A DNA stretch of 64,000 nt from Roseibacillus sp. (GTDB lineage: Bacteria; Verrucomicrobiota; Verrucomicrobiia; Verrucomicrobiales; Akkermansiaceae). The number at the start of each line of letters is the position of its first letter. Position 1 is the stretch's first letter. The DNA lies in assembly GCA_965242925.1 (NCBI GenBank), contig CBDEUM010000014.1:32001-96000 (forward strand). Reading direction: 5' to 3'. The notes below the pieces were generated by a model, which made no database searches, had not been told where the DNA came from, and saw only the letters and a list, made by a program, of their open reading frames with translations. Position numbers and translations under genes: made by a program. Of this stretch, positions 14,579 to 24,564 are shown one piece after another.

Positions 14579-15232
14579 ATGAAACTGCTCAGCACTCTCG
14601 CCTTCATGCTCACGCTGTCAGGCCTTGCCCTGGCCGACCATCACAAGTCCAAGGACAAGGACGGATTCTACGAACTCTTCAACGGCAAGAACCTCGATGG
14701 CTGGACCATCAACGAATCGCCCGCCTCCTGGAAGGTGGACGATGGCAAGATCATCGTGAAGGGACCCCGCTCCCACCTCTTCTACAGTGGCAAGGTGAAC
14801 AAGGCCAATTTCAGGAACTTTGAGGCCAGGCTCCAGGTCCTCACCAAGAAGGGCGCCAATGCCGGTTTCTACTTCCACACCAAGTTCCAGAAGAACGGCT
14901 GGCCCAAGAAGGGCTACGAGGCCCAGATCAACGCCACCCAGGGAGACCCCAAGAAGACGGGCAGCCTCTACGGTGTACGCAATGTCATGAACACTGCTCC
15001 CCACAAGGACGAGGAGTGGTTCGACTACCACATCACCGTGAAGGGCAAGAGCATCACCATGAAGGTCAACGGCAAGACCACGGTGGAGTACACCGAACCG
15101 AAAGATGGCCCGACCAAGGCGGAGCGCGGTGGCTTCGACCGCTTCCTCGACAGCGGCACCTTCGCCATCCAGTGCCACGACCCCGGCAGCGAGGTTCATA
15201 TCCGGAGTGTCAAGGTCAAGCCCCTCGACTAG
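14579..15232 (+). CDS. DUF1080 secreted protein
   Basis: LFNGKNLDGW, ANAGFYFH, GYEAQIN and GTFAIQCHDPG motifs. Confidence 0.88.
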   Translation: MKLLSTLAFMLTLSGLALADHHKSKDKDGFYELFNGKNLDGWTINESPASWKVDDGKIIVKGPRSHLFYSGKVNKANFRNFEARLQVLTKKGANAGFYFHTKFQKNGWPKKGYEAQINATQGDPKKTGSLYGVRNVMNTAPHKDEEWFDYHITVKGKSITMKVNGKTTVEYTEPKDGPTKAERGGFDRFLDSGTFAIQCHDPGSEVHIRSVKVKPLD

Positions 15233-15295
15233 CTGTGGCCGGACCTTCCCAAGTCGGAATCTGAAGGCCGCATCAGTTGAACATCATTCTCTGGA

Positions 15296-15329
15296 ACGCT
15301 CCCCGGTCATGCGCCCGGGAGCGTTTCTT
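15296..15329 (+). terminator. Possible intrinsic terminator
   Basis: AACGCTCCC...GGGAGCGTT stem followed by TCTT. Confidence 0.4.
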
Positions 15330-15524
15330 GTCTACGCGACTACCCTTCCCGGAGAACGCCATTCCGCCCGCCAGAGACTGAAGCCCTCAAATCACAAGCT
15401 TCCATCCACCCCCCTTCCCTCCCTTTTCGACAATCCCGTGATCGATTTTCGGCCATGGAACCCGTAATCTGGCGCAAGCGTACGGAGCCCAGCCACAGAA
15501 GGCGGATCTCTTGCACCCCCCACT

Positions 15525-18098
15525 TTGACCCCGATGCCAGATCAACACAGGGCAGCCGATGACGCCTCCGGGACTCCGAAACCGAAGGAGCTCAATGCCC
15601 TCCTGCCTGCTTACGAGGTCAAACAACTAGTGGCCCGTGGCAGCATGGGAGCAGTCTACCTCGCCCGGCAGAAATCCCTCGACCGTGATATTGCACTCAA
15701 GATCCTCCCCAGGAAGTTCGGCCGCGACCCGGCTTTCCGTGCCAGTTTCGAGGAGGAGGCCAGAACCATGGCCAGACTACGCCACCCGAACCTGATCGGG
15801 GTGCACGACTTCGGCGAAATCAAAGGCTACCTCTACCTCATCATGGACTTCGTGGACGGGAAGTCCCTTCGCAACTCGGCGCGCGGCCGGGCGATCGCAC
15901 AGAAAACCGCCGCCCAGGTAGTGTTATCCATCTGCGAAGGACTTGCCCAGGCACATAAGGCCGGCATCGCTCATCGCAACCTCAAACCCTCGAACATCCT
16001 GATCGGCTCCAACCGGAAACCACGGATTGGTGATTTCGGACTGGTCGGACATTCCAACGAGACGGAGGACTGCGTCTCCCCGCAATATTCCAGCCCGGAG
16101 GCAATGCAGAATCCTCCCAAGGCCAACGAACGATCCGATGTCTACTCCGTGGGCGTGATCCTCTACGAGTTGCTGACCGGAGAACTCCCCGGCGAGAACT
16201 ACGCTCCTCCCTCCCGGACCAAGGACCAGAAGGTAGACGCCCGGTTCGACAAGATCGTGCGTCGGGCCATGCACCCCGCTCCCGGCATGCGCTTTGCCAA
16301 CGCCGGGGCGATGGCCAGGGAGCTCGAACCCCTCGTCGATCATCTGGACGACGAGGACGGCAGCAGCCTGCTGAGTAGCAGGAGCAACGAACCCGCAGCC
16401 GAGTTGCAGACTTCCGACGAAGTGGAGGAATCGCACGGACGGGCGGTCCAGCAAAATGAGACTCTCGCGGCGATGGCGGCCACCGAGTCCAGACGTTACG
16501 ACCGCCTGATCGCATCCAAGATCCTGATAATCGCCATCCTCCTGATGGCCCTCCTCTACGTTTGGTCCGCCTACAACCGGAGAAAAGAAGACTCGGAACG
16601 CCGGGCCGACATGGCTGAAAAACTGAAGGGTGCAAATGACTCGAAAGGCCGGAAGAACCCCTGGGCCGACCTCACGAACACGCCGCTCACGAACAAGCCG
16701 CAACAGCCCGCACCCCCGCAACCGCGCGCATGGACCCTCCCCAATCTCCAGGACCGGCTCCTTCGCGGGGAACGGAGCCGGTTCCCCGAAGGCACCTGGG
16801 ACCTGGCCACCCGCAAGGTCTATTTCGTGGGGTCAGCCATGAGCTGGGGCGACGCCAGCAAGTTCGCGGAAGCCCACGGCGCTCATCTCGCCACCATCCG
16901 CAACGAGGAAGAGCGCATCGCCCTGGTCGCCCGGCTCCCCGAGGGGAAGACCACCTGGCTGGGAGGAGGGATGACCGGGGCCAAAACCTGGGGATGGGTG
17001 GATGGAACCACCTCTCCCCTGAGTAAGCCCACCGAGGCGACCGGCCGCTACCTCAACATGAGCGGAGGTGGAACAATTCGGGCCCTCCCCGGAAAGGCCA
17101 AGCATCCCTTTTTCCTCCAGTGGCATCTGGACGGCAGGAACCCGGGATCCTTCAATGCTCAGCTCCAGCGCTTCAACTTGTCGATTGACCAGCGGCTGCC
17201 GGCCTTCCCCCCGGGCACGGTCACGAGTGGAGAACGACATTACCTCGTCCTCGAGCGAAAGCTGGGATGGGAAAAGGCCCGGGACCTGGCCAGGGAAGCC
17301 AATGGGCACCTGGCCATTCCGGGAAACCAGGCCGAGCACGACTACCTCAAGCGCGTACTCAGCACCTGCCTGCAGGAAAATATGGCCGCCTGGATCGGGG
17401 GCTACTATAAAGGCGATTCGTGGCAGTGGGTCACCAAGGAACCCTGGTCCTTCACCGCCTGGTCCCCACCCCCTGCCCGTGGTCTTGATCCCGGGGCCAC
17501 CTCGCTCTGCTTCACGGCCGGGGAGGCCGCCGGCTGGGATAATGTGGCCCCCACGGTTGAACTCCCTGCTCTCGTCATCGAGTGGAGCAAGGACCAGTTC
17601 GCAGCGGAAACTCCTCCCCCCGGGAAGTCCGAATCCTGGACCAAGCTGCGCAACCAGTGCACGGTCAATCTCACCAGCAAGCGGGAAAGGTTCCTGAAAC
17701 TTCTCAAGAGCAACGGCACCGCCATGAACACAGCCCTCGAGAACTGGTACAATGCCCTCGCTCTCCAGGATCGAGGACGCCACTCCATCGCGTTCCAGCA
17801 GGCCCGGGCAAAGGTCGCACAGGATGGACGCATCAACGAAGAAGGCCGGTTCCCGCCCCTTCCCTCCGAAATCGCCTCGGTGTGCAATGCCCACCTGCGT
17901 GAGCAGCGCGAACTTGATCGGGAATACGCCGATGTGCTGGAAACCGCTCGCAAGACCTACGTGCAAAAGCTGGGAGTCCTCCTGACGGAGGCCCAGCGCG
18001 AACGCCGCTTCGCCGGGGTTATTGAGATTGAAAATGAACTGGACGCGGTGGATGACACCCAGTCCTTCGCAATCCACTTCAAGGTCGCCGGGACGTAG
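15525..18098 (+). CDS. Membrane Ser/Thr (pseudo)kinase with two C-type-lectin-like domains
   Basis: IALK, HRNLKPSN and DFG; TM helix; SWGDA..HLATI..WLGG..WGWVDG and WEKA..GHLA..WIGG..WQWVT repeats. Start may be ATG 15534. Confidence 0.85.
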   Translation: MTPMPDQHRAADDASGTPKPKELNALLPAYEVKQLVARGSMGAVYLARQKSLDRDIALKILPRKFGRDPAFRASFEEEARTMARLRHPNLIGVHDFGEIKGYLYLIMDFVDGKSLRNSARGRAIAQKTAAQVVLSICEGLAQAHKAGIAHRNLKPSNILIGSNRKPRIGDFGLVGHSNETEDCVSPQYSSPEAMQNPPKANERSDVYSVGVILYELLTGELPGENYAPPSRTKDQKVDARFDKIVRRAMHPAPGMRFANAGAMARELEPLVDHLDDEDGSSLLSSRSNEPAAELQTSDEVEESHGRAVQQNETLAAMAATESRRYDRLIASKILIIAILLMALLYVWSAYNRRKEDSERRADMAEKLKGANDSKGRKNPWADLTNTPLTNKPQQPAPPQPRAWTLPNLQDRLLRGERSRFPEGTWDLATRKVYFVGSAMSWGDASKFAEAHGAHLATIRNEEERIALVARLPEGKTTWLGGGMTGAKTWGWVDGTTSPLSKPTEATGRYLNMSGGGTIRALPGKAKHPFFLQWHLDGRNPGSFNAQLQRFNLSIDQRLPAFPPGTVTSGERHYLVLERKLGWEKARDLAREANGHLAIPGNQAEHDYLKRVLSTCLQENMAAWIGGYYKGDSWQWVTKEPWSFTAWSPPPARGLDPGATSLCFTAGEAAGWDNVAPTVELPALVIEWSKDQFAAETPPPGKSESWTKLRNQCTVNLTSKRERFLKLLKSNGTAMNTALENWYNALALQDRGRHSIAFQQARAKVAQDGRINEEGRFPPLPSEIASVCNAHLREQRELDREYADVLETARKTYVQKLGVLLTEAQRERRFAGVIEIENELDAVDDTQSFAIHFKVAGT

Positions 18099-18229
18099 CA
18101 GGTGAACCACCCGATGACCCCTATTAATTTAATCGCCACCTGCTTCCCATGATATGCCCATCGGTTAATCGTCCGCGTCGACCCTCATGCTGTAAGGTCT
18201 CATTTCTCCGAATCCTCCAAAACCATCCC

Positions 18230-19678
18230 ATGAAAACACTCCTCCTGCCCGCTCTCCTCGCCTTGGCTTCCCTCTGTGTCCAGGCCGATCCGCTCATCTC
18301 CTCTTGGTACACCGAGGAGTCCGGAAGCTACGCCCGGATCTACCGCAACCTGGTCGACGAAAGTGCCGGGGATGCGGTCACCACTTGGAGCCGGGGCCAG
18401 GGCAACCAGACCCAGCCCACCTACGGCGGGGTCCACAGGATCGAATCCTCTTCCGACTGGATCTACATCCACACCACCGGACTGGCTTCCAGCCACGTGA
18501 TGGGACCCTGGTATGGAGACGAAGCCAAGACCCTGCCTTTCCCGAATTTTCCATCCAATCAAGCCGTCATCTACCGTATCCCGAGGGACCCGGCCATCCC
18601 CGCTAACCTTACGGCCACATCACTCGGGGCCGTTGGATACTTCGTGGACGGGGTGGCCCAGTTCGACGGTCAGGACGGCTTTTCCTATGGCAGCTTCAGG
18701 GGCGAGGACGCCTCCCCCGGCAGTGGTTACTGGAACCACGATGCCTACGTCAGCGAGGGAGTGACCTTCGACAATGCCTTGGCACACCAAGCTGGGGGCA
18801 ATCACCACTATCATGTCAATCCCCCGGCCCTCCGTCATGCCCTCGGGGACAGTGTGGATCACGACATCGCCACAAATACCTACGCTGAAAACTTCAACGG
18901 TCGGCACTCTCCCATCATCGGCTGGGTCGCCGATGGCTACCCGATTTACGGACCCTACGGTTACTCTGATTCCGAGGACCCTTCCAGTCCCATCCGCCGC
19001 ATGATTTCCGGTTATCAACTGCGAACCGACCTTGCCAGCGGCGCAGCACGAGCCAGTTATCCTGCCTGGGCCGAGCGGTTCCACGGTGTTGGCCCCGCTC
19101 TCTCCGGCAGTCAACTCGGTCCCAACGTCAACGCCGAAATCGACGGGGAGACCTATTCCCTCGGTCGCTACCTGGAGGACCACGACTACAAGGGCGACCT
19201 CGACATGACGCTCGGGGAAGATTTCGATCTCAACGAACAGAACGGCCGCTTCTGTGTGACCCCGGAGTTTCCCGGGGGCACCTGGGCCTACTTCACCTGT
19301 ATCGATCCCGATGGCAACCCGGTCTTTCCCTACAACATCGGTCCTCAGTTCATTGGATCCCCCACCGGGGGAACCGTGAATGCCGTCACGGAAAGCACCA
19401 CCGTCCACTTCCTGGGCGGACCCAACATGGAAGACACGATTGATGCCGTCCGTCACAGCCCCGATTCAGATGAGATCATCCTCACCTGGTCCACGGTTGA
19501 AGGCGGCACCTACCAGGTCGAGTCTTCTGCCGACCTCCAGGCATGGGTCGAAGAAGGCGCGGCGTTCAGCATGGATGCCAATCAGGTGACCGTGACCGAT
19601 GCCCGAGATCCCGGAGGAAGCTTCTTCTATCGCCTCGTCCGCAAAAGCATCGCGGACTATGACGACACCGGATTCTGA
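18230..19678 (+). CDS. Secreted YHYH-domain protein 1
   Basis: Signal peptide; HHYH, IGWVADGYPIYGPYGY and NGRFCVTPEFP motifs. Confidence 0.85.
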   Translation: MKTLLLPALLALASLCVQADPLISSWYTEESGSYARIYRNLVDESAGDAVTTWSRGQGNQTQPTYGGVHRIESSSDWIYIHTTGLASSHVMGPWYGDEAKTLPFPNFPSNQAVIYRIPRDPAIPANLTATSLGAVGYFVDGVAQFDGQDGFSYGSFRGEDASPGSGYWNHDAYVSEGVTFDNALAHQAGGNHHYHVNPPALRHALGDSVDHDIATNTYAENFNGRHSPIIGWVADGYPIYGPYGYSDSEDPSSPIRRMISGYQLRTDLASGAARASYPAWAERFHGVGPALSGSQLGPNVNAEIDGETYSLGRYLEDHDYKGDLDMTLGEDFDLNEQNGRFCVTPEFPGGTWAYFTCIDPDGNPVFPYNIGPQFIGSPTGGTVNAVTESTTVHFLGGPNMEDTIDAVRHSPDSDEIILTWSTVEGGTYQVESSADLQAWVEEGAAFSMDANQVTVTDARDPGGSFFYRLVRKSIADYDDTGF

Positions 19679-19999
19679 GACTGCAGGACAGGCCTCCCGG
19701 CGGGAACAAGCAAGTGATTCGCAACTGTCGGGATCTGCTCCATACTCTCGTTCCTCCTGGGCGTTATCCTAACAGAATCGGGTTACTCCCCACCTCTACT
19801 TCCTCCGTTGGAAATTCTTCGAATTGGAAGGTGCCCTGTGCGAAGGGTAATGCGTCTCGCCGGGTTTTCAGGGATGTTGCCTGCACCTGCTAAGGCTCGA
19901 TTTCGACAGCACCTCAATAATGTTAAGCTGGTGTAAAAAAGGTTCCAAAAAAACCGTGAGTGAGTAGGTGATTCCATGCGCTCGGAAACCCCCGGATCC

Positions 20000-21760
20000 A
20001 TGCCTGCTCCGTCCCCCTGCCTGATGCCCCTGCTTGCCGCATTGTGTTTACCGGCTGCTGCGGAGCCTCAATTGACTTCCTGGTACACCGCGCAGAGTGG
20101 AAAATACGCCCGTATCTTCACCAGTAAGGAAAACGAGGCGGCAGGCATCACCTCGACCACCTGGAACCGGGGTCAGGGTACGCAGGCCTCCCCGACCTAC
20201 TCAGGGGTGCACGAGATCCACCATGACGCCACCTGGGTCTACATCAGGACCAGCGGGCTGGGTTTCCACCCCATGGGGCCCTGGTACCTTAATGAAGCCA
20301 AGACCCGAAACTTCCCGAACTTCCCCGCAAACACTGCCACGACCTACCGCATCCCGCGCACCCCGACCTCCTTCAACGGCACCATTACCACCGGCTTCGG
20401 CTCGATTGGCTACTTCGTCGATGGTGTGGCGCTCTTTGACGCCACCGACACCTTCTCCTACATCAACAGCAGCAGCAGTGATGCAAGCCCCGCGGGAGGC
20501 GGGCGAGGGGATGGCGTCTGGAACCGCGATGCCTACGTCAACGAGGGGGTGACATTCGATTCCGCCAATGCTCACCAGGCGGGGAGCCTGCACCATTATC
20601 ACGCTAATGCTCCTGCCATCCGGCACCTGCTTGGTGACAGTGTTGACTACGAGGCCGGCGCTAATGCCTATACCGAGAACTTCAACGGCGGGCACTCGCC
20701 GATTCTGGGCTGGGTGTCGGACGGGCACCCGATCTACGGTCCCTACGGCTACGGCGATCCCAATGACCCTGGTTCTCCTGTGCGGCTCATGACCAGCGGC
20801 TACCAGAAGCGCGACGGCAGCAACGGCTCCACCTCCCTGAATCGGACCGGGCGGACCAGTCTTCCACTATGGGCCAACCGGTTACAGGGACGCACCACCG
20901 TCCTTGCCTCCAACCGCTACGGCCCCAATGTCAGCACCGCCTACGTTCTCGGCCACTACCTTGAGGACTACGCCTACATGGGGGATCTTGGCCTCAGCCA
21001 GGGCCCCCACTTTGACCTCGACGAATACAACGGACGCTTCTGTGTCACCCCGGAGTTCCCTGAGGGAATCTGGGCCTACTTCACGACCATCGATATGGAT
21101 GGCACCCCGGTCTTCCCCTACAACATCGGGCGCAACTTTTACGGCACCCCCAGCGGCGGCAACACCAACACTATTCCCGCCGGGTCCACCAGGGCCTTTA
21201 TCGGTGGGCCGAGCAAGCAGCACCGCGCAAGCGATGCCACCAGGGAAGACGGGGTGCTGACCCTCACCTGGTCCACGGTTGAAGGTGGCGCCTACCAGCT
21301 CGAGTCTTCTCCCAATCTCGGAACGTGGACCGAGGAAGGTGCGGACTTCACGGCACAATCAATCACGCAAACCACCAGTGACACGCCAAGTCCCGCCACT
21401 GAACCAACCCAATTCTATCGTCTCAAGCGCACCGGCATCGCCACCTATGACGATTCCGGCTTCGACAACCAGTTCGAAGGCACTGGCGGAAATAATGGCG
21501 GCGGGGGCGGGGGCGGCGCGGACAACTTCGTCGCCAACTTCACCGGACCTCCCCTTCCTCCGGCCAACGTCATCCAGGAACTGCGAATCGGTAATCCCGG
21601 TATTCCGGCCACCCTCGTCAGCCTCGACTCAAGAACCCAACTCACCGTCTCGTTTGACGCCAGCGCCCTCCCTCCCGGAAGCCATGCCGTCTACGTCATT
21701 TTCACTCCCCCGGGACGTCCCCTGCTCACCCTTACTTCCACCAACCGCTTCTCCCCCTGA
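20000..21760 (+). CDS. Secreted YHYH-domain protein 2
   Basis: Paralogue with HHYH, LGWVSDGHPIYGPYGY and DLDEYNGRFCVTPEFP; Gly linker plus an extra C-terminal domain. Start uncertain (19976/20000/20024). Confidence 0.85.
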   Translation: MPAPSPCLMPLLAALCLPAAAEPQLTSWYTAQSGKYARIFTSKENEAAGITSTTWNRGQGTQASPTYSGVHEIHHDATWVYIRTSGLGFHPMGPWYLNEAKTRNFPNFPANTATTYRIPRTPTSFNGTITTGFGSIGYFVDGVALFDATDTFSYINSSSSDASPAGGGRGDGVWNRDAYVNEGVTFDSANAHQAGSLHHYHANAPAIRHLLGDSVDYEAGANAYTENFNGGHSPILGWVSDGHPIYGPYGYGDPNDPGSPVRLMTSGYQKRDGSNGSTSLNRTGRTSLPLWANRLQGRTTVLASNRYGPNVSTAYVLGHYLEDYAYMGDLGLSQGPHFDLDEYNGRFCVTPEFPEGIWAYFTTIDMDGTPVFPYNIGRNFYGTPSGGNTNTIPAGSTRAFIGGPSKQHRASDATREDGVLTLTWSTVEGGAYQLESSPNLGTWTEEGADFTAQSITQTTSDTPSPATEPTQFYRLKRTGIATYDDSGFDNQFEGTGGNNGGGGGGGADNFVANFTGPPLPPANVIQELRIGNPGIPATLVSLDSRTQLTVSFDASALPPGSHAVYVIFTPPGRPLLTLTSTNRFSP

Positions 21761-21846
21761 GGGGACACCTTGCCATTGCCTAAAGACGAAGTCTGCTTCC
21801 CTGTTGGCAGGGACCGACGCCCCAGCTATCCTCCGGACTAGGATCC

Positions 21847-23598
21847 ATGACCGCGCGCCTTCTCTGGCTCTCTAGCCTCCTCACCGTCGGCTCGCATCTG
21901 CAGGCTGGCGTCTCCCTTGAGTTCAGGCACCTCTGGGAGGGCAAACCCTTCACTATTCCCAGCGGGCCTTTCATCACCAGGTCCGGGGAGACCATCGAAC
22001 TTTCACGCCTCGCCTACCTTCTCTCCGAACCCCGCCTCCTCAGCCGCGGGAACAATACCTCCTCCGGGACCTGGCTGCGCCGCCACGACTGGTTCGCCTA
22101 TATCGATGGTTCCAGCCCGGGCGGTGTCAGTCGTCTCGATCTGGGTGACCTTCCCCGCCGGACCTACACCGTTTTGCAGTTTCATATCGGACTTGACCAG
22201 GAAACTGACGAGACCGATCCCAGCCAATACCCGGCAGATCATCCCCTCAACCCCAACCTCAACAATCTCCATTGGACTCCCCAGGGAGGTTACATCTTCC
22301 TCGCCATGGAAGGTCACCTTCGCAAGAACGGGGATACCGGCGGCTTCGCCTATCACCTGGGCAATGCCTGGAACCGGACTCCTGTCTCGCTGCCCCTCTT
22401 GCTCGAAATCACCGGTCCTGTCACCATTGCCATCGATATCCACCTCGATCGTCTTTTCAACGGCGCCGAACCCCTCCAGATCGCTGCCAATCCTTCCACT
22501 CACTCGCGCAAGGGCGACGAGATCGCGCAACTGCTGAAGAGCCGGATTCCTTCCGCCTTCTCGGTCCGTGAAATCCGGCAGGCGCGTCCGCCTGCCCCGG
22601 CGGATCCCCCCGCTCCCGGAAACCTGGTCGGCACGCCCTATCGTTTCCGGCTGGCCCGGGGCTTTCCCATTCCAGAGTTGCCCACCGACCCCCCGCTCAC
22701 CAACGAGGGCGTCGCCCTGGGCAAACGCCTCTTTCACGACCCCCTGCTTTCCGTCACCACCAAACAGTCCTGCTCCTCCTGCCACCAGATCGCTCACGCC
22801 CTTTCCGATTCACGCCGCTTCAGCGAGGGCGCAAGCGGATCACTGGGAACACGCAACGCCATGCCCCTCTTCAACCTCGCCTGGAAAGACTCGTTTTTCT
22901 GGGATGGCCGTGCCCCCTCGCTGCGGGTCCAGGCCCTGCAACCGATCCAGAATCCAATCGAGATGCACGAATCTCTTCCCAATGCCATCGCCAAGCTGAA
23001 AACCGCCAATTACGGCCCCCTCTTTCAGGCGGCCTTCGGCACGGCCGGCATCACGGAGGAGCGCCTCGGGATCGCCCTTGAACAATTCCTGCTGACCAAA
23101 ACATCCTACCGCTCCCGCTTCGATCAGGCTGCCAGGGGTGAGGGTGAACTGACGGACCAGGAGAAACGCGGATTCGAATTGTTCATGACGGAATACGATC
23201 CCCGCCGCGGTCTCAAGGGAGCCGATTGCTTCCACTGCCACGGCGGCGCTTTCTTCACCGATCACCGCTTCCACAACAATGGACTCCGGGATGATGAAGA
23301 TCGTGGACTGGAATCGGTGACCGGCAGGCCCACCGACCGCAATCGCTTCATCACGCCCTCTCTCCGCAACATCGCCCTCACTGCCCCCTACATGCACGAC
23401 GGCCGCTTCCAGACTCTGGAAGCGGTCATCAATCACTACAACTCGGGACTCCACCGCAGTTCGACCCTCGATCCCAACCTGGCCAAGCATCCCCCGGAGG
23501 GGCTTGGTCTGGGCAGGGAAGACAGAACCGCCCTCGTCGCATTTCTCAAAACGCTCACCGATCCCCAGTTCCTGCCGACGGCAAAAACGGGGAATTAG
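21847..23598 (+). CDS. MbnP-like domain fused to di-heme cytochrome c peroxidase (MbnH/MauG-like)
   Basis: N-terminal LAYLLS, HPLN..LHWTPQGGYIFLAMEG and YHLG; C-terminal CSSCH, FFWDGRA, CFHCH and TPSLRNIALTAPYMHDG. Confidence 0.82.
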   Translation: MTARLLWLSSLLTVGSHLQAGVSLEFRHLWEGKPFTIPSGPFITRSGETIELSRLAYLLSEPRLLSRGNNTSSGTWLRRHDWFAYIDGSSPGGVSRLDLGDLPRRTYTVLQFHIGLDQETDETDPSQYPADHPLNPNLNNLHWTPQGGYIFLAMEGHLRKNGDTGGFAYHLGNAWNRTPVSLPLLLEITGPVTIAIDIHLDRLFNGAEPLQIAANPSTHSRKGDEIAQLLKSRIPSAFSVREIRQARPPAPADPPAPGNLVGTPYRFRLARGFPIPELPTDPPLTNEGVALGKRLFHDPLLSVTTKQSCSSCHQIAHALSDSRRFSEGASGSLGTRNAMPLFNLAWKDSFFWDGRAPSLRVQALQPIQNPIEMHESLPNAIAKLKTANYGPLFQAAFGTAGITEERLGIALEQFLLTKTSYRSRFDQAARGEGELTDQEKRGFELFMTEYDPRRGLKGADCFHCHGGAFFTDHRFHNNGLRDDEDRGLESVTGRPTDRNRFITPSLRNIALTAPYMHDGRFQTLEAVINHYNSGLHRSSTLDPNLAKHPPEGLGLGREDRTALVAFLKTLTDPQFLPTAKTGN

Positions 23599-23717
23599 CA
23601 CTGCGCCCCCGGACGATGACCCGCTCCGCGCAGGGTTCGGTGCAAAGGCTGCCCTCCGCCACTCCCGGTCCTGAACTTCATGCAAAGTGTTGGACTCCTC
23701 GGGATCTTCGACCCACA

Positions 23718-24314
23718 GTGAGCCCGTTGAACCTGCCCAACTCGCTCACTGTCTCCCGCCTCGTTCTCACGGCCATCTTCGTGATCGGTTTCATACTGGG
23801 TAGCTGGGGTCCCATCGGCTACGGCATCGCCCTGGTGGCCTTCATCGTGGCTGCCGTCACTGATTTCCTGGACGGTTACTTCGCGCGCAAACTCAACCTC
23901 GTCACCTCCCTCGGCAAACTCCTGGACCCCATCGCCGACAAGGTCCTCACCGCCTCAGCCTTCATTTTCCTCTGCGACCACGAAAAAATACCCTGTCCGG
24001 CCTGGGTCGTCGTCATCATCCTCGCCCGCGAGTTCCTGGTGACCGGCCTGCGCCAGATTGCAGTCGAAAAGGGACAGGTTATCGCCGCGGACTGGAGCGG
24101 CAAATGGAAGACCGGATTCCAGATCGGATTCTGTATCACCGCCCTGGTCTGGCTTTTCCTGGAGTCCCTTGGACAGCAGGAATTCTTCCTCGCCCGACTG
24201 GCCCATCCCGACTCCTTTCTCATGCCCTCCTTCCTCTGGCTCTCCCTCGCCCTTACCATCATCTCCGGTCTCCACTACGTCCGGAACGGACGGGACCTCC
24301 TGCGGGACCATTGA
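23718..24314 (+). CDS. pgsA: CDP-diacylglycerol--glycerol-3-phosphate 3-phosphatidyltransferase
   Basis: NLPNSLT, TDFLDGYFAR, GKLLDPIADK and GKWKT motifs. Confidence 0.9.
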   Translation: MSPLNLPNSLTVSRLVLTAIFVIGFILGSWGPIGYGIALVAFIVAAVTDFLDGYFARKLNLVTSLGKLLDPIADKVLTASAFIFLCDHEKIPCPAWVVVIILAREFLVTGLRQIAVEKGQVIAADWSGKWKTGFQIGFCITALVWLFLESLGQQEFFLARLAHPDSFLMPSFLWLSLALTIISGLHYVRNGRDLLRDH

Positions 24315-24564
24315 ACCAGGGCCCCGGAAGGACTTCATGCCCACAGGCATCAACGAAAAATACCGGTGGAACGGGGCCTGCAAGGTGGTTCTTTCCAACT
24401 GTCCCCGGCGGAGCCGGGACCTCCTGATGGAACGCCTTCCGGACAACCATTGTCCTCGGAAGAATCTGAATTCGTGGGCCTGAGACTCTCTAGGAAAATG
24501 AATCCTTTTCTCCTGATTATCCGGATTGCCAAATAAAACAGAGGTAGGTAGCATTCCCAGCGTT

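Noticed and set aside
18190..19950. Shared TGTAA motif upstream of both YHYH genes as an ECF promoter
   Set aside because: Match too short to support.
21847..23598. Methanobactin biosynthetic cluster
   Set aside because: No precursor peptide, mbnB/C or TonB-dependent transporter seen.
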